A stretch of DNA of 64,000 nucleotides. It comes from Tubiluchus corallicola (lineage: Eukaryota; Animalia; Priapulida). The stretch is taken from assembly GCA_030141605.1 (NCBI GenBank), contig JAQGDQ010000160.1:124001-188000 (forward strand), in the 5' to 3' direction. The position numbers and the translations under genes are program-made. Below the pieces are notes generated by a model. It saw nothing but the letters and a program-made list of their open reading frames with translations. It made no database searches and was not told where the DNA came from. Below, piece by piece: positions 62,229 through 64,000 of the stretch (its first letter is position 1; each line of letters starts with the position of its first letter).

Positions 62229-64000
62229 TAGTAGTGTCAGCCATCTAGATAACGTTAACAAAAAATGTTCTTAGCTGCTCCATCATTTCAACATAGTGCA
62301 TTTACTATCAGCATCAGTGACATTTTTATTATCATGTCACTGAGTGTACAAATTGACGACTCGTGCAAATAATCATGTATTTAACTTAAAATGTAATCTT
62401 GATTGTACTTTTACTACAAATACTATTTTGAATCAGTTTCAGCAATGTATGTAACTGGTATCTATTTCCCATCTGCTCTCAATTCCAATTATTCTATGAA
62501 TCTGCTTGTAGTACAGCCTTGCAAAGCAAAAACTGCTAGGTAGGATTCTGTGAAATTAGTGCAGCTGGGTTTAGAATATTTAAGATAGTTATTTATTGTA
62601 TTTTAACGGTTGTTTGAAACCATTTTATGTATTTTTAGAATTATCGATTAGAATTTTTTCAGTATTTTAACAAGGATTAAAATATTTCCTTGCTGTGTAA
62701 TGCTGTGATTTTTGGATAGCTTTCATCGCCTGAGTGTGATATACACTGCTAGTTCCATAATTAAATTTTATTAGGAGTAGTACCTGTGCAATGATCATGC
62801 ATTGTTAATAATATGTGATAAATAGATTTTTACTGATTGCATTTGTAATGGAAAACTTGCAATCCAGTGTACTTGTCAGGGTTAAGTAAATGTATGCTGA
62901 GTTTTTACCATTGACTTTACTCAAATATGCTCAATTATGAGAAAAAATTCTTGCATTTAATAAAAAGACAATACAGTAAAAGTCTATGCACATGTTTTCA
63001 TGGATTGAGAAAGTGATTTCATGATTTCATAGCATCCTTTGGTGAAGTTTGAGTTTTTTGAGAAGGAGCAATGATAGTAAATGAAAAGTTTTTATATTTC
63101 AAAGTTAAATTGAAAGTACATCCAATGCAGGCTTACTATACATGCACTTAGAAAATACTCCAGCTAAAAATTAAGTAAATATGTCTGCCAATGTGCAATT
63201 CCCAAAACAACACTTAAGAGCTCCTAGACAAGGCCAAGTCTAGCAAACGCTATGGCAACATGATGTAGTAACATGCTCATGTAACTGTGAATAGCATAGT
63301 TACATGTCATGCTATATATCACACAAACAGTACCCTATATCAGCATTGTAGCTGTGTTATTAACAGTAAAATGCAACAGGCAAAAGTTTCTTAAGGTGGA
63401 TGCCACAAACTGTAGGACAAACAAAATTAAATTTAAAATTATACACTGTGCTTTTAATTAAACAAAACTAGCCTGTAAAACGTTAATGTGGTTTTTACTA
63501 TTACTAATGCTGCTGCTAATAATTTTTAGTACTCAGAAAGTATGCATTCAAAGTTGGTAAACTGATGGCAATTTCCACCTTGTCAACAAGCTTTCATATA
63601 ACGGTGTGCCATGATCGCACATCATAATTTCTAGCAGTTCTTAAATAACTTCATATTACACAAACACTCCTAACATACTTGTGATATATATATATATATA
63701 CAAACATCAACATAGACTCTTTTTTTATGTCAGTGAAACTGTGCATCATACTTCAAAGTTCAAACTCTAATTTTTAGGTGTCTCGACCGGATCATGTTAT
63801 AAGCAGTTCCAAACAAAGCTTTGATGAGCAAATCGTAACACATTGCGTTAATTAGATACTTAATATCAGGGCTGAATTAACGTGTGTTGGTGCCTTAAAT
63901 ACACACAGCACCTGGTGCTCTGACTCTCTCCTTTGCCCAGCGTCACTACGTGCAGGTTTTGCAACTCGAAGCATTAGAGCTTTAATGTAAATTATGCGAC

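Overview
AT-rich, intron-rich invertebrate (metazoan) nuclear DNA. A spiralian/lophotrochozoan source is only a guess from protein style. Three host genes were reconstructed exon by exon from GT-AG junctions and reading-frame phase. (1) The 5' part (about 1,130 codons, 18 exons) of a copper-transporting P1B-ATPase (ATP7A/B-like) on the minus strand. It runs off the left edge and has six GMTCxSC metal-binding domains plus an extra degenerate N-terminal HMA-like domain. (2) A complete 12-exon, 417-aa phosphoglycerate kinase on the plus strand, divergent from ATP7. (3) A NIPA2-like magnesium transporter on the plus strand whose first transmembrane exon is present twice. Intergenic DNA and introns are dense in mobile elements: a 5S-rRNA-headed SINE with an RTE-like body and 12-bp TSD; a near-full-length CR1/L2-group LINE (gag-knuckle ORF1, PHD-APE-RT ORF2) interrupted by a hAT MITE; a 1,001-bp TRIM with PBS/PPT/TSD nested in an older Gypsy remnant beside a hAT transposase remnant; a THAP-domain transposon derivative; a Helentron-like element; truncated LINEs; and many MITEs and foldbacks. 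No prokaryotic features (CRISPR, operons) are seen. All family assignments come from reading motifs by eye, not from database searches.
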